Under the pieces are notes generated by a model. That model made no database searches, was not told where the DNA came from, and saw nothing but the letters and a program-made list of their open reading frames with translations. Below, one piece after another: positions 1 through 9,675 of a DNA stretch of 32,000 bases. The translations under genes and the position numbers were made by a program. Every line of letters starts with the position of its first letter. The first letter of the stretch is position 1. Source of the DNA: Candidatus Saccharimonadota bacterium (GTDB lineage: Bacteria > Patescibacteriota > Gracilibacteria > BD1-5 > UBA6164); contig OZ245922.1 in NCBI GenBank assembly GCA_965229705.1, positions 270,001-302,000 of the forward strand, written 5' to 3'.

Positions 1-247
1 GTTTTTTTCCAAGTTCTTGAAGAAATGCTTCTTCTTGCTGACATTCGGGACGAGTCTTATGGTTAAAATAGCATGCGACAATATGCTGTTTATAAGAGCT
101 CTGCAATATATGGTAGAGCAAAAACATGCTATCTGCTCATGTAGAACACGCCAAAACAAGAGCTTCATCTTGCTGGTAGTATTTTTTGAGAAATGTTTCA
201 ATGTCTTGCACCAGTAGCTGTGTAAGGAGATTAGATATGAAAGTCAT
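1..247 (-). CDS. tilS: tRNA(Ile)-lysidine synthetase, N-terminal part (rest of gene lies beyond window start)
   Basis: Minus-strand ATG at 245-247. Table-25 translation is MTFISNLL...ALVLACST-G(TGA)-ADSMFLLYHIL...VACYFNHKTRPECQQEEAFLQEL. It shows the PP-loop SGGxDS-type motif and the downstream HxxR region typical of TilS. Confidence 0.75.
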
Positions 248-370
248 AATAGTAAAACTTCACTTTTTGTAAATGCTTTCGCGCTTGTTCCTGAAAAAAA
301 AGAGAGATAATTGCCAAGCAAGAAAAAATAGGTTACTATACTCAGAGACTATATCTTATTTATATCTTTT

Positions 371-841
371 ATGGCAAAAGAGAGCGATTTTTTTAGAACA
401 TTGATGCGAGTGATTGTGTCAGCTTCGATTTATACCCTAATGTTATTGGTTGCGGGCTATATCTTGTATATGACACTGTTTTTGGTATACAAAGTTATAT
501 CTGCTATCATGATCCATATTTGATACTTATGAGATTTTACAGAATCGGGATTGTCTCAGGCAAGTTCTATGAGTATTATCTTGACAGAGGAGATTTTGAG
601 TGTGGTAACGATTATTTTAGTATTGGTAAAGTCATTTAAGATACTGATTTCCTACTCAAAACATCATCATATAGAGATCAAACCTCTTGTCGAGATTGCT
701 ATTATTGCCTTACTGATGGAAGTGGTGTTCAACTTTGGAGCTCATTCTATGGAGATAAATTGGCTTTTCGCTGTTTTTGGTCTCGGGCTTTTAGTCATTT
801 ATGCAGTTTTTCCATACTTTCGTAAAAAGGTGAAGGCTTAG
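371..841 (+). CDS. small multi-pass membrane protein, PsiE-like
   Basis: ATG at 371, TAG at 839-841, two in-frame TGA codons, 156 aa. The hydrophobic core VLVKSFKILISY..HHIEIKPLVEIAIIALLMEVV resembles the PsiE family. The family call is from memory only. Confidence 0.5.
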
Positions 842-868
842 GGAAGTATCTTCCTGTATATGGGCTTT

Positions 869-973
869 TTAGGAAGCTCTGAAAAACAAAAAAATTCTAA
901 TCCTCTCTGACTCTATCGAGCCATCTCTCCTTTGAAAAAGGAGAGAAAAAGGTGTTTCTCAGAGCTTCCTTAA
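869..973. repeat. MITE-like palindromic repeat, type I
   Basis: Terminal inverted repeats TTAGGAAGCTCTGAAAAAC ... GTTTCTCAGAGCTTCCTTAA. Internal hairpin CTCTCCTTTGAAAAAGGAGAG. Near-identical core at 7998-8105 and inverted at 20281-20421. Confidence 0.75.
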
Positions 974-1054
974 CTACATTTTGTATTTTTGTTGTTACTA
1001 TATAAGAAAAAATATTTGCTAAAAATAAATATTTTATTAAAAATACATTTTTTT

Positions 1055-2227
1055 ATGGCAAATTATCTCATATCTCCTCAGTTAGAGGATAAGATACAAA
1101 GAAGTTGATTGACAGAAAAATATCCTGAACTATCAAAAAAACCTTATCTTTGAGGTCTCCTTCAAGATCAACTTGATGCAGAGATTCTTGATAATCCATA
1201 TGGTCTATCCTCTAGTACTCAGCAATATGTTTTTAGGCTTTTAGACCAAACTTTGTATTGGAATTTTCAAACACGGTGAGATGCTACAGACCTACTTTGA
1301 GATCCTGTATTTCAAAACTATAACTCGAAAGAAGCAGATATATATGATAAATGACTTTGAACATGATGCTTTCTTCCAGATCCTGATGATGAAGATATGG
1401 AATTTGATACAGCAGAGTTATGAAAGTGGGATCAATATGGATTCTCTTCTCAGCTAGAAATGGTAATGAGTTTATCAGCTTATAGAAGTCGGGAAATACT
1501 TAAACAGAAAGAGAATCAGTATGAGTGGAGAAATAGTCAATGAATACGGAGTATTATTACTGCTTGTGTTCATGGAGACCCTAAATTTTATCAGTATGAT
1601 GAAAATTTTTCAGATCGAGTCATTTCTCCCTTTTGAAATGAGGTATGATTCAAACCACAAAAACTCGTTGGAAAAATGTGAATGGTGCATCACTCCCACG
1701 AAATAGGATTTTTTTCTACATTTCTTCGATATGCATATGAATGTGGATATATGAGGAATATTATGTGAGAAAATGGAACAAGGTTTATAGAAGCTTCTCA
1801 AGACCTCCCATCATTTACTGGTTTCTTTTGAGATGCAGGACACTCTTCGTTTTATGATTTTTGAGACTCACTTTTTCGTATGTGTACTCCTATATGATGA
1901 AGTAAGAGTATGAGAAATGTTCATACTCATTCTTTTGCTTCTATATATAGGGGAAAAGACCAAGAAGGAAAATCATTTTATGAGTTTCAAATAGGAGAAA
2001 ACCAAGAACTACAACTCTATAATCATGTGACGGAAAGCATTGATATTACTTTTTATCCCGAGGACTGCGAACATCTTCTCAAGGGTATCTTACATCAATG
2101 TGCTCATTGACATGGAAGAACTATGAAAGAGCAAATGCTTGGTATTATAGAGTTTATATATTCAGACGCATTTACTCAAAAGGCTTTGGAAATAGGAATC
2201 CCTCAAGAAGATATTCCCCAACTATAG
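1055..2227 (+). CDS. hypothetical protein (390 aa), no family recognised
   Basis: Frame checked codon by codon and open from ATG 1055 to TAG 2225-2227 when the 18 in-frame TGA codons are read as Gly. Contains ...GMVHHSHEIGFF... and a C-terminal CAHGHGRT. No motif I can assign. Confidence 0.6.
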
Positions 2228-2572
2228 TTTCCCAAAAACCTCTATATTATCATCTGGAGCAAGTGTATTAGAAATACTTTTCCCACACTTGAGGCATTTA
2301 TGAATGACCATCCAACCCTTGTTTTTATGATAATCTTTTCACTCAGGTTTCATAAGTCCGTGACAAGGACTCTTCCTATCTCAGGGAAACTCTGCATCAA
2401 GATGCTTTGAGTATAGGCAATGGGGACAGTGATTGCGTGCACTTCCTTGAGGATGTTTACTGACTTTTACGCCACAATTTTCACAAATAAAAGACTCGTT
2501 TATCATTGTGAAGCGCTTTTGATGTGTGTTTCAATGGTTTCTCTCAGACGCTGATTTTTGTATGTTTTTCAT
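2222..2572 (-). CDS. RNHCP domain-containing zinc-ribbon protein
   Basis: Translation ...[37 protein letters not shown]...HKCLKCGK contains the literal RNHCP motif and CxxC pairs. The start could instead be the internal ATG near 2506. The stop (cta at 2222-2224) overlaps the stop of the convergent gene. Confidence 0.7.
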
Positions 2573-2605
2573 ATAATGAGGTACAAAGTTTTTCTCAGAT
2601 TTTTC

Positions 2606-2694
2606 TTAAGGAGGATCTGAGAAGGGCATTTTTATTTTCTCGAGACCGGTCTCTTTCTTACACAAGATTTTTCTATTTTTCAGAGGTTCCTTAA
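2606..2694. repeat. MITE-like palindromic repeat, type II
   Basis: TTAAGGAGGATCTGAGAAG ... central palindrome CTCGAGACCGGTCTC ... TTTTTCAGAGGTTCCTTAA. Other copies at 4830-4914 and 8102-8187, long variants at 14250-14363 and 29271-29386. Confidence 0.75.
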
Positions 2695-2936
2695 GGCTTA
2701 TACCCTCTCTCTATTCTTTCAGCAAGAGTATAGTCTTTTTCTGTAAGCGTATTTCACAGGTCATGCGTGGTAGTCGAGACTCTAACGTATTTATAGTTGT
2801 AGAGAGAGATATCAGGATGATGCTGAGATATTTCCGCAATATTTCCAACAAGATTCACAAAGGCAAGAGCATGTCAAAAGTGAGAGAACTCAAACTCTCC
2901 TACCAGCATATTATCCTTTTCTTGAAAATATTTCAT
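2691..2936 (-). CDS. pterin-4-alpha-carbinolamine dehydratase (PCD/DCoH family)
   Basis: 81 aa: MKYFQEKDNMLVGEFEFSHF-G-HALAFVNLVGNIAEISQHHPDISLYNYKYVRVSTTTHDL-G-NTLTEKDYTLAERIE. Shows the HHPD and TTH..G.T..D motifs of PCD. The stop TAA (2691-2693) lies inside the repeat end CCTTAAGG. Confidence 0.75.
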
Positions 2937-2937
2937 G

Positions 2938-3978
2938 CTATTTTGTTACTGTGTAAAATATCAGCCCCACAACAGATAAAATGAGCCCTACCAGCCATAA
3001 GCGAAACACAACTGTTTCTTCTGACCAACCACAAGCCTCAAGATGATGATGAAACGGAGCTATGATAAATACTTTTTTTCCATTTCTGAGTCTCTTACTT
3101 GTGAGCTGTATCATAACAGAGAGAGTTTCAAGAATGAATATCATACCAATAATGATAAGTACCATAACCGTATTTGTTAAAAGTGCCATGAGACCGAGAT
3201 TTGCTCACAGCGCGAGAGACCCAACATCTCCCATAAAGAATTTTGCAGGTTTGATATTGTACCAGAGAAAAGCCACGAGAGCTCCACAAATACTCACACA
3301 CAAAGTAGAAAGAAGAAAAAGTCACTGATCATAAGTGATAAAGCCGTATACTCCATAAGCAAAAAGCAAGAGTCCCCCAGCAAGTCAGTCAAGACCGTCA
3401 GTAATATTGACGCTATTTGCAGCTCAAATAATGATAAATACAAAAAGAGGGATAAAAAACATTCCTATTTCTACTCATCAAAATCCTGGTAAGAGCAACA
3501 GAACTTCTGACCAACCAAGTTTTTCATAAAACCACCAGGCTCCAGCAAGAGAAAACAGTAACAACCAAAACATTTTGAATCTTGCAGAGAGTCACTTGGT
3601 TTTTCCTATTCATTGGATATTCATCCAGTCATCAATAGCTCAGATAGCCCCCACAGTAAAAAGAGTAAAGATACTAAGATATGTTTCTTGTTGGTTCCAG
3701 AGAGAGTTATTTGTTATACCAAAATACTGTAAAAGAAAACTCGAAAGTACCATCAGAAATACGGTTCCAAGTATCACGGCTCATCACATGGTAGGTGTTC
3801 CAGCTTTTTTGGCGTGAAGTGTAGAAAAGTGAAATGCTTTTCACACAACGGCATTTTCTCGAATCTGTTTCCCCATTTTTGCATATTGCAAAAGAGATAT
3901 ATAAGAAGGAGTTATCATGAACCCCAGCAAGAAGGTTGCAAGTCAAAAAGCAAATATATCAACGAGATGAGCATCCAT
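2938..3978 (-). CDS. mraY: phospho-N-acetylmuramoyl-pentapeptide transferase
   Basis: 346 aa with TGA read through. Motifs [37 protein letters not shown] and [14 protein letters not shown] are classic MraY signatures. Confidence 0.93.
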
Positions 3979-4050
3979 GAGTGTATTTTTAAGGCATTAC
4001 TATGTTTTGCAAGTGTATGAAAAAAGGAGAAAAACATAAATTTTCTTTAC

Positions 4051-4088
4051 AAGTTTTCTCAGAAAAATAAGCTTTCTTGAGAGAACTT
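4051..4088. repeat. imperfect hairpin built from repeat-family TIR-like arms
   Basis: AAGTTTTCTCAGAAA-AATAAGC-TTTCTTGAGAGAACTT in the divergent mraY/mtnN spacer. The arms resemble the TTTCTCAGAG terminal motif of the MITE-like family. Confidence 0.35.
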
Positions 4089-4109
4089 ATATTTTTTTAT
4101 ATATATACT

Positions 4110-4799
4110 ATGCAGATAAATAAGGCAATTATTACTGCCCTTCAGGCAGAAGCAGACCGAGTTATAGAGAAATACTCTCTTTGAGAAACAAAGCAAGTCG
4201 GGAGCTTGAAGATATTTTCATGAACTAGAAAAAATACAGAAGATGAAGAAGAAAACATTATCCTCTGCGTCTGCTCAGAAGGCAAAATACAATCAGCATT
4301 TGCGACAACGTATCTGCTAGAAAACTACGAAGTAGAAAAAATAATAAACATAGGAATAGTTGGAAATCTCAATTCAGAACTCCTCAAGGTAGGAGATGTG
4401 ATCATGCCAAATACTTTTGTGCAACATGATTTTTATATGCCTGAAGATATAGATTTTCAGCAAGAGAGTCGAGCTCCGATATTTTTAGAGTATGCGATTG
4501 GAGAGGAGTATGATCTTGAGAAATTTTCTCTTCACCTGAGTGGTATATGCGCGACAGGAGATCAGTTTATAGATAAGATGGAACTCATGGAAGACATCAG
4601 AACAACTTTTGAGGCTGATATTGTTGATATGGAGGCATATAGCATTCTTTCTGTAGTGAGAAACTATAATATGCTCGATAAGTGCGTGGTGATAAAGTCT
4701 GTGAGCGATGGAGCAGATAGTGACGCGCAAAATGATGTGATGAATAATCTCGAGCTTGCTATGCAGAATGCTATTATTATTTTGGATTTTGTTCTTTAG
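4110..4799 (+). CDS. mtnN: 5'-methylthioadenosine/S-adenosylhomocysteine nucleosidase
   Basis: 229 aa. Contains NIGIVGNL..KVGDVIMP....HD, CATGDQFI, DMEAYSI and KSVSDGAD, the Pfs/MtnN motif series. Confidence 0.85.
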
Positions 4800-4829
4800 A
4801 GAAATGCGAAAAAACTTTGTATTTCATGG

Positions 4830-4914
4830 TTAAGGAGGATCTGAGAAAGGTATTTTTGTTTTCTCGAGACCGGTCTCTTACACAAGATTTTTCTATTTTT
4901 CAGAGCTTCCTTAA
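4830..4914. repeat. MITE-like palindromic repeat, type II
   Basis: TTAAGGAGGATCTGAGAAAGG...CTCGAGACCGGTCTCTTACACAAGATTTTTCTATTTTTCAGAGCTTCCTTAA, near-identical to 2606-2694. Confidence 0.75.
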
Positions 4915-5603
4915 CTATATTTCTCAAAAAAGATATTTTCCTCATCTACTCATAAAGTCTTGAGTCTTTCTTGACATGACTCTATCATTTCAGGTGCTCC
5001 ACAAAGATAATATTCCGAGTAATCACTGACAACTTTCTGAGAAAGAAAGTCGCTAACATATCATTTTTTGATAATTCACTCTCACTCATCTCGACTTACA
5101 ACAAGATGATAGTAAAAGGTTTGTGGGTAGAGAGATTTGAGTTTTTCAAATTTTTCGAGATACAACATATCTGTGAGATATCGTACTCAAAAAACGAGCT
5201 GATATTTCTCGCCCGTTCACTTCTGGAGTCATATAAGTATTTGATTATACAGTGGTACCAGACCTGTTCAGGTTCACAAAAAGAGTTTATTATTTGAGGT
5301 TTCTTGCAAGAGAAAATGCCCTGCTGGTCCTACAACTTGAAACGTATCTCAAACTTGCGCGTCACATAGAGCAATACTTCCTCATCTGCCTCCATGATTA
5401 GTTGACCACCTCTTGATAACCAGAACAGCTCTGTCTCAAATAAGCTCTAAGATAGAATACGACCGACCTCATATTCCCGCTAATATAAAGGTAATAAACT
5501 GCCCTGCAAGCATGGTTTTTGTCTCTGGGAGTTTGTAGTGAAGCTCAAAAACATCATGGGTCAAAGAGTGTTTTTCTATGAGTTCAACATTCATCATTCA
5601 CAT
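4911..5603 (-). CDS. FAD/NAD(P)-binding oxidoreductase, ferredoxin-reductase-like
   Basis: Frame scanned triplet by triplet, with no in-frame TAA or TAG. Motifs RSYSI (FAD RxYS), L-G-T-G-TGLVP (NAD(P) GTGxxP) and YLCGAPEM. The stop TAA (4911-4913) is contributed by the repeat end. Confidence 0.75.
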
Positions 5604-5667
5604 AAAAATGTTTTAGGATTTAGAGTATTCTCCCATATACTATAAAAAATATTTTTCAATCAAATTT

Positions 5668-6957
5668 ATGTCCAAAAAAATATATCTCATAGACGGAAAT
5701 TCTTTTATATATCGGATGTTTTTTGCGATTCCTGAGTTTACTACGAGCTCTGGAAAACCAGTGAATGCTACTTTTTGAATGGCAAAGTTTTTTATGGGAC
5801 AACTCAGAAAAGAATCTCCAGACTACCTTGTCTTCATTCGAGATGCAAAAGGAGAAAATTTTCGTCACAAGATATATAGTCAGTACAAAGCTACGAGAGA
5901 AAAAATGCCCGACAATCTCAGAAATCAAATGAAAGATATAGAGGAGATGATACAAAAAATGAATATACAAATAGTAGAAAAAATATGATATGAAGCTGAT
6001 GATATCATTGCCACACTGGCAGTCCAACTTTCCGAGCAAACTGATAATGAGATATATATTCTCTCCTGAGACAAAGATCTCTATGCTCTTGTCAGCGAAC
6101 AGGTCAAGATCTATGATACACAAAAGAAGAAGATTTCAGGACCAGAAGAAACCTTTGAGAAGTTTGGTGTTCCGGCCTCTTGCGTGAGAGATTACCTCGC
6201 TATATGTGGAGATAGCAGTGACAATATTCCGGGTATAGCTGGTATATGACCCAAAAAAGCAATCGTACTCTTAAACGAGTTTTGATCATTGGAAAAGATA
6301 TATGAAGCTCTTGACAGCTTGCCTGGTAACATATCTCCAGAAGCTCAAAAAATCTTTTCCTGAAAAACACTAGAAAAATTTCAAGAAGGAAAAGAAGATG
6401 CCTTCCTTTCTCAAAGACTCGCTACCTTAGAACTTTGAGTTGATTTATGAGGTTTTGATATAGGTGATTTTATATTTCATTGAAGTGATATATATACACC
6501 TGAAGTACAAGATTTTTTTACGACCCTTGAGTTTCATTCTCTTTTGGAGAAATCGCAGGAGAAAAAAAATACATGGGAAGATATGTGAAAAAAAGTGCAG
6601 ATTATTACTCATAGTGAGGACTTACGCAAGCTTGAAAAACAGATTCTCTCATCATCACAAGTCGTTATTGATACAGAAACAAGTAGTATTAACCCGAGAG
6701 AAGCCCAGCTCATTTGAGTTTCTCTCTTACTAGATGAGCAGCATATTTTTTATGTAAACCACCAACACAACTGAGAAAAAGTGAGGATGTGAGACTTACA
6801 AATATTTCTGAAAAATATTCTCAACTCACACGTCACGATTATCTGACACAACCTCAAGTACGACCTCCAGGTAATACAGTCTTTTATCAGTCAAAATCCG
6901 AGCGATACACAAGAAAAATTGTCGGGAGTTTTTTGACAAATGACACTGGAATTATAA
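5668..6957 (+). CDS. polA: DNA polymerase I N-terminal fragment: 5'-3' exonuclease plus partial 3'-5' exonuclease, no polymerase domain
   Basis: MSKKIYLIDGNSFIYRMFFA..., GYEADDIIATLA and CGDSSDNIPGIAGIGPKKA mark the 5' nuclease and H3TH. VVIDTETSSINPREAQLIGVSL is Exo I and TIIGHNLKYDLQV is Exo II. Frame verified codon by codon to TAA at 6955-6957. htpX starts 33 nt later. Confidence 0.85.
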
Positions 6958-6989
6958 AATACTTCTCATTATTTTTTATAAAATATCAT

Positions 6990-7895
6990 ATGCTTTTAAA
7001 AAGATTCGGGCTTCTTATTGTCACAAATATTGCGATAATTACTCTGCTTTCTCTGACGCTTTTTGCTATTGAGTATTTCTTCTGAATAGATGTTGCCGCT
7101 ATACTCGGTCAGAACTATCTTTGGATGTTTATCTATGCAGCGATTTTTTGATTTACGGGAGCATTTATTTCTCTCTTTCTTTCAAAATCAATGGCAAAGT
7201 CAGCCTATGGAATAGTACCGATTAGTCCTGATCAAGCTGCAAATTTACAATGAAAACAAAAACTCGTATACACGACCGTAGTAGAGATATCTGAGAGATT
7301 TCATATTCAGACTCCAGAGATAGGAATATATACTAGTCAAGATCCTAATGCTTTTGCTACTTGAGCTACAAAAAATTCTGCTCTTGTTGCCGTCTCTACA
7401 GGACTTCTCGATACGATGAGTGAGAGAGAAATAGAATGAGTAGTAGCCCATGAGATGGCGCATATTCTCAACGGAGATATGGTGACGATGACTTTACTGC
7501 AGGGGGTGATGAATACTTTTGTGATATTTTTTGCTCGTATTATCGCAGAGTTTATCAACTCACGCACAGAGGGAAAACTCTGATTTTTTTGATATATGGC
7601 AGTGTATATTGGTTTGCAAATTCTTCTGGGTATACTCGCAAGTTTGGTTATAAATGCCTTTAGTCGGTGGAGAGAATATCACGCTGATGCCTGAAGTGCT
7701 CGCTATGTAGGAAAAGAAAAGATGATCGCAGCTCTCGAAGCCTTGAAAAAGTTTCATGCTCCAAGTCAGAAAGACTCTGGAAACTTCGCAACAATGCAAA
7801 TCAATACATCTTCACAGTGATGATGGAAGCGCCTTTTTATGACACATCCAAGTCTTGATAAGAGGATTCGAGCTTTGGAGGATATGTTTTTGTAA
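6990..7895 (+). CDS. htpX: M48 zinc metalloprotease HtpX
   Basis: 301 aa. N-terminal TM segments, [21 protein letters not shown], the [10 protein letters not shown] zincin motif, REYHADA and a [13 protein letters not shown]-terminus. Confidence 0.9.
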
Positions 7896-7997
7896 AGAGA
7901 GTTATATTCACACACTACGTTCTTTCTTGAGTCAAGCAAAAATCCTGTAAGTCATTGAGTTTTCTTGAAAAAAGAGTATTTTTGTTTTGTGCATTAC

Positions 7998-8105
7998 TTA
8001 AAGGAGGTTCTGAAAAACAAAAAATTTCTCCTCCTCTCTGGCTCTATCGAGCTCTCTCTCCTTTGAAAAAGGAGAGAAAAAAGGAGTTTCTCAGAGCTTC
8101 CTTAA
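7998..8105. repeat. MITE-like repeat, type I
   Basis: Same TIRs and CTCTCCTTTGAAAAAGGAGAG hairpin as 869-973. Abuts a type II copy and shares the TTAA at 8102-8105. Confidence 0.75.
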
Positions 8106-8187
8106 GGAAGCTCTGAGAAACAAAAATTCTCGCGTATAAGAGACCGGTCTCGAAAACGAAGAAGTATATTTCTCAGAGACTCCTTAA
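8102..8187. repeat. MITE-like repeat, type II (short core)
   Basis: TTAAGGAAGCTCTGAGAAAC...GAGACCGGTCTC...TTTCTCAGAGACTCCTTAA. Confidence 0.7.
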
Positions 8188-8209
8188 GAGTCTTCTTAAC
8201 CAATATATT

Positions 8210-8818
8210 ATGAAACCTTTTATTACCTTTCTTTTCATTACCTGATTTTCGATACAAACTCTCTTTGCCTACACAGAGCAAAACATAGAGTCAGCAAACT
8301 TTTTAGCGCAAAACGGGATTATCAATGACAACTCAGATAATATCCTTGCTTACTGACTTGATAATAATATTACTCGCCGTGAAATGCTCAAAGTCATGAT
8401 GAAGCTCTCATGAAAAGAGGTCACAGAAAGCTGTCAGTGAGATTTTTCTGACCTTTCAGGAACTGACTGGTGATGTAAATATGCAGAAGCGGCTCTCAGA
8501 GAATGATTTATTGCTGCAAATGACAACTTTCGCCCAGGAGACAATGTCACCCAGATAGAGGCACTCAAGATGATTATGCAGGCAAAAAATACGCCTCGTG
8601 ATACCAATACAGATGACTGGAGAGCCGGATATGTCTCAAAAGCCCAAAGAGAAAATTATATCGATGAGGGGTATTTTAACTATGATGAGTTTGCACTGAG
8701 GGGATTTATATTTGACAGTTCAGCCAGAAGCTATGACGAGTTTTTGTATACCCAGTCAGACTGATGAACGATTGCTCCTGAGATAGAAGAACTCTTAGAA
8801 TCTATTTTTGATTTATAA
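8210..8818 (+). CDS. secreted SLH-like (S-layer homology) repeat protein, paralog 1
   Basis: 202 aa with a signal-like N-terminus MKPFITFLFIT-G-FSIQTLFA. SLH-like units: ANFLAQNGII...ITRREMLKVMMKL and DFSDLSGTDW-G-CKYAEAALRE-G-FIAANDNFRPGDNVTQIEALKMI. Confidence 0.7.
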
Positions 8819-8822
8819 AAAG

Positions 8823-9602
8823 ATGAAGCGTGTTTTTTGACTGTTTGTTTTTCTTGCATTTCTGAGCTTTGCAAGCGCCTCAGTAGACGACAACTACATC
8901 GTTGTTCAACAAGAGTCAAAACTCTGTGGAAACTTTATCAAGTGAGATAGCAAAAATCCTAATTGGCTCCAAGAGTGATGGCAAGCTCTGTATCTTGCAG
9001 GTGAGCAATATCCACAATACTCAAAAACTTCTGCATGTATTCAGTGAGATACTTTTTCCTGCTGTAGAGAACTGTGACTTCGCTATGCCGGTGTTCCCAT
9101 AGGGGTATCTTTTGTGAGTTCACACAGATTTTCTGCTGAATTTCTTGCAGGAAAAGGTATCATAACTGCTCGCTATCTCAATCCATCAGAGTATAAACTC
9201 CGACAAAATATTTCTCGAAAAGAGTTTCTCAAGATTATTATGACTACTTCATGAAAAGAAGTCACAGAAAACTGTCAGTGAGATTTCTCTGATCTTTCAC
9301 GAACTGACTGGTGATGTAAATACGCAGAAGCAGCTCTGAGAGAATGATTTATTGCTGAAAATGATACCTTTCGTCCAAACGCTCATATATGATATGCGGA
9401 GTCTCTCAAACTTATTTTTTGATCTCGTGATATTACCCAAACCTACACTGATCTTTCTTGGGAGGAAAACTATATTTTTTCAAGCTATTATAAGGGGTAT
9501 ATTGATACTATTCCTGAGTATTATCAGAGGGCTATGACTCGATGAGAAGTTTTTGAGATACTTGCGAGAACATATCCCGAATTTTCGTATAGAGATTTCT
9601 AA
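8823..9602 (+). CDS. secreted SLH-like repeat protein, paralog 2
   Basis: 259 aa with signal peptide MKRVF-G-LFVFLAFLSFASA and a Cys-rich N-terminal insert. Shares the CQ-G-DFSDLS.TDW-G-CKYAEAALRE-G-FIA block with paralog 1, about 90 percent DNA identity over about 124 nt. Confidence 0.7.
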
Positions 9603-9675
9603 GAGAGGAGATTTTCTTTTTCTTGGTTTTTTATACTATGTTCAAGCACTTTTTTAATTTTTTATATATTTTCCT

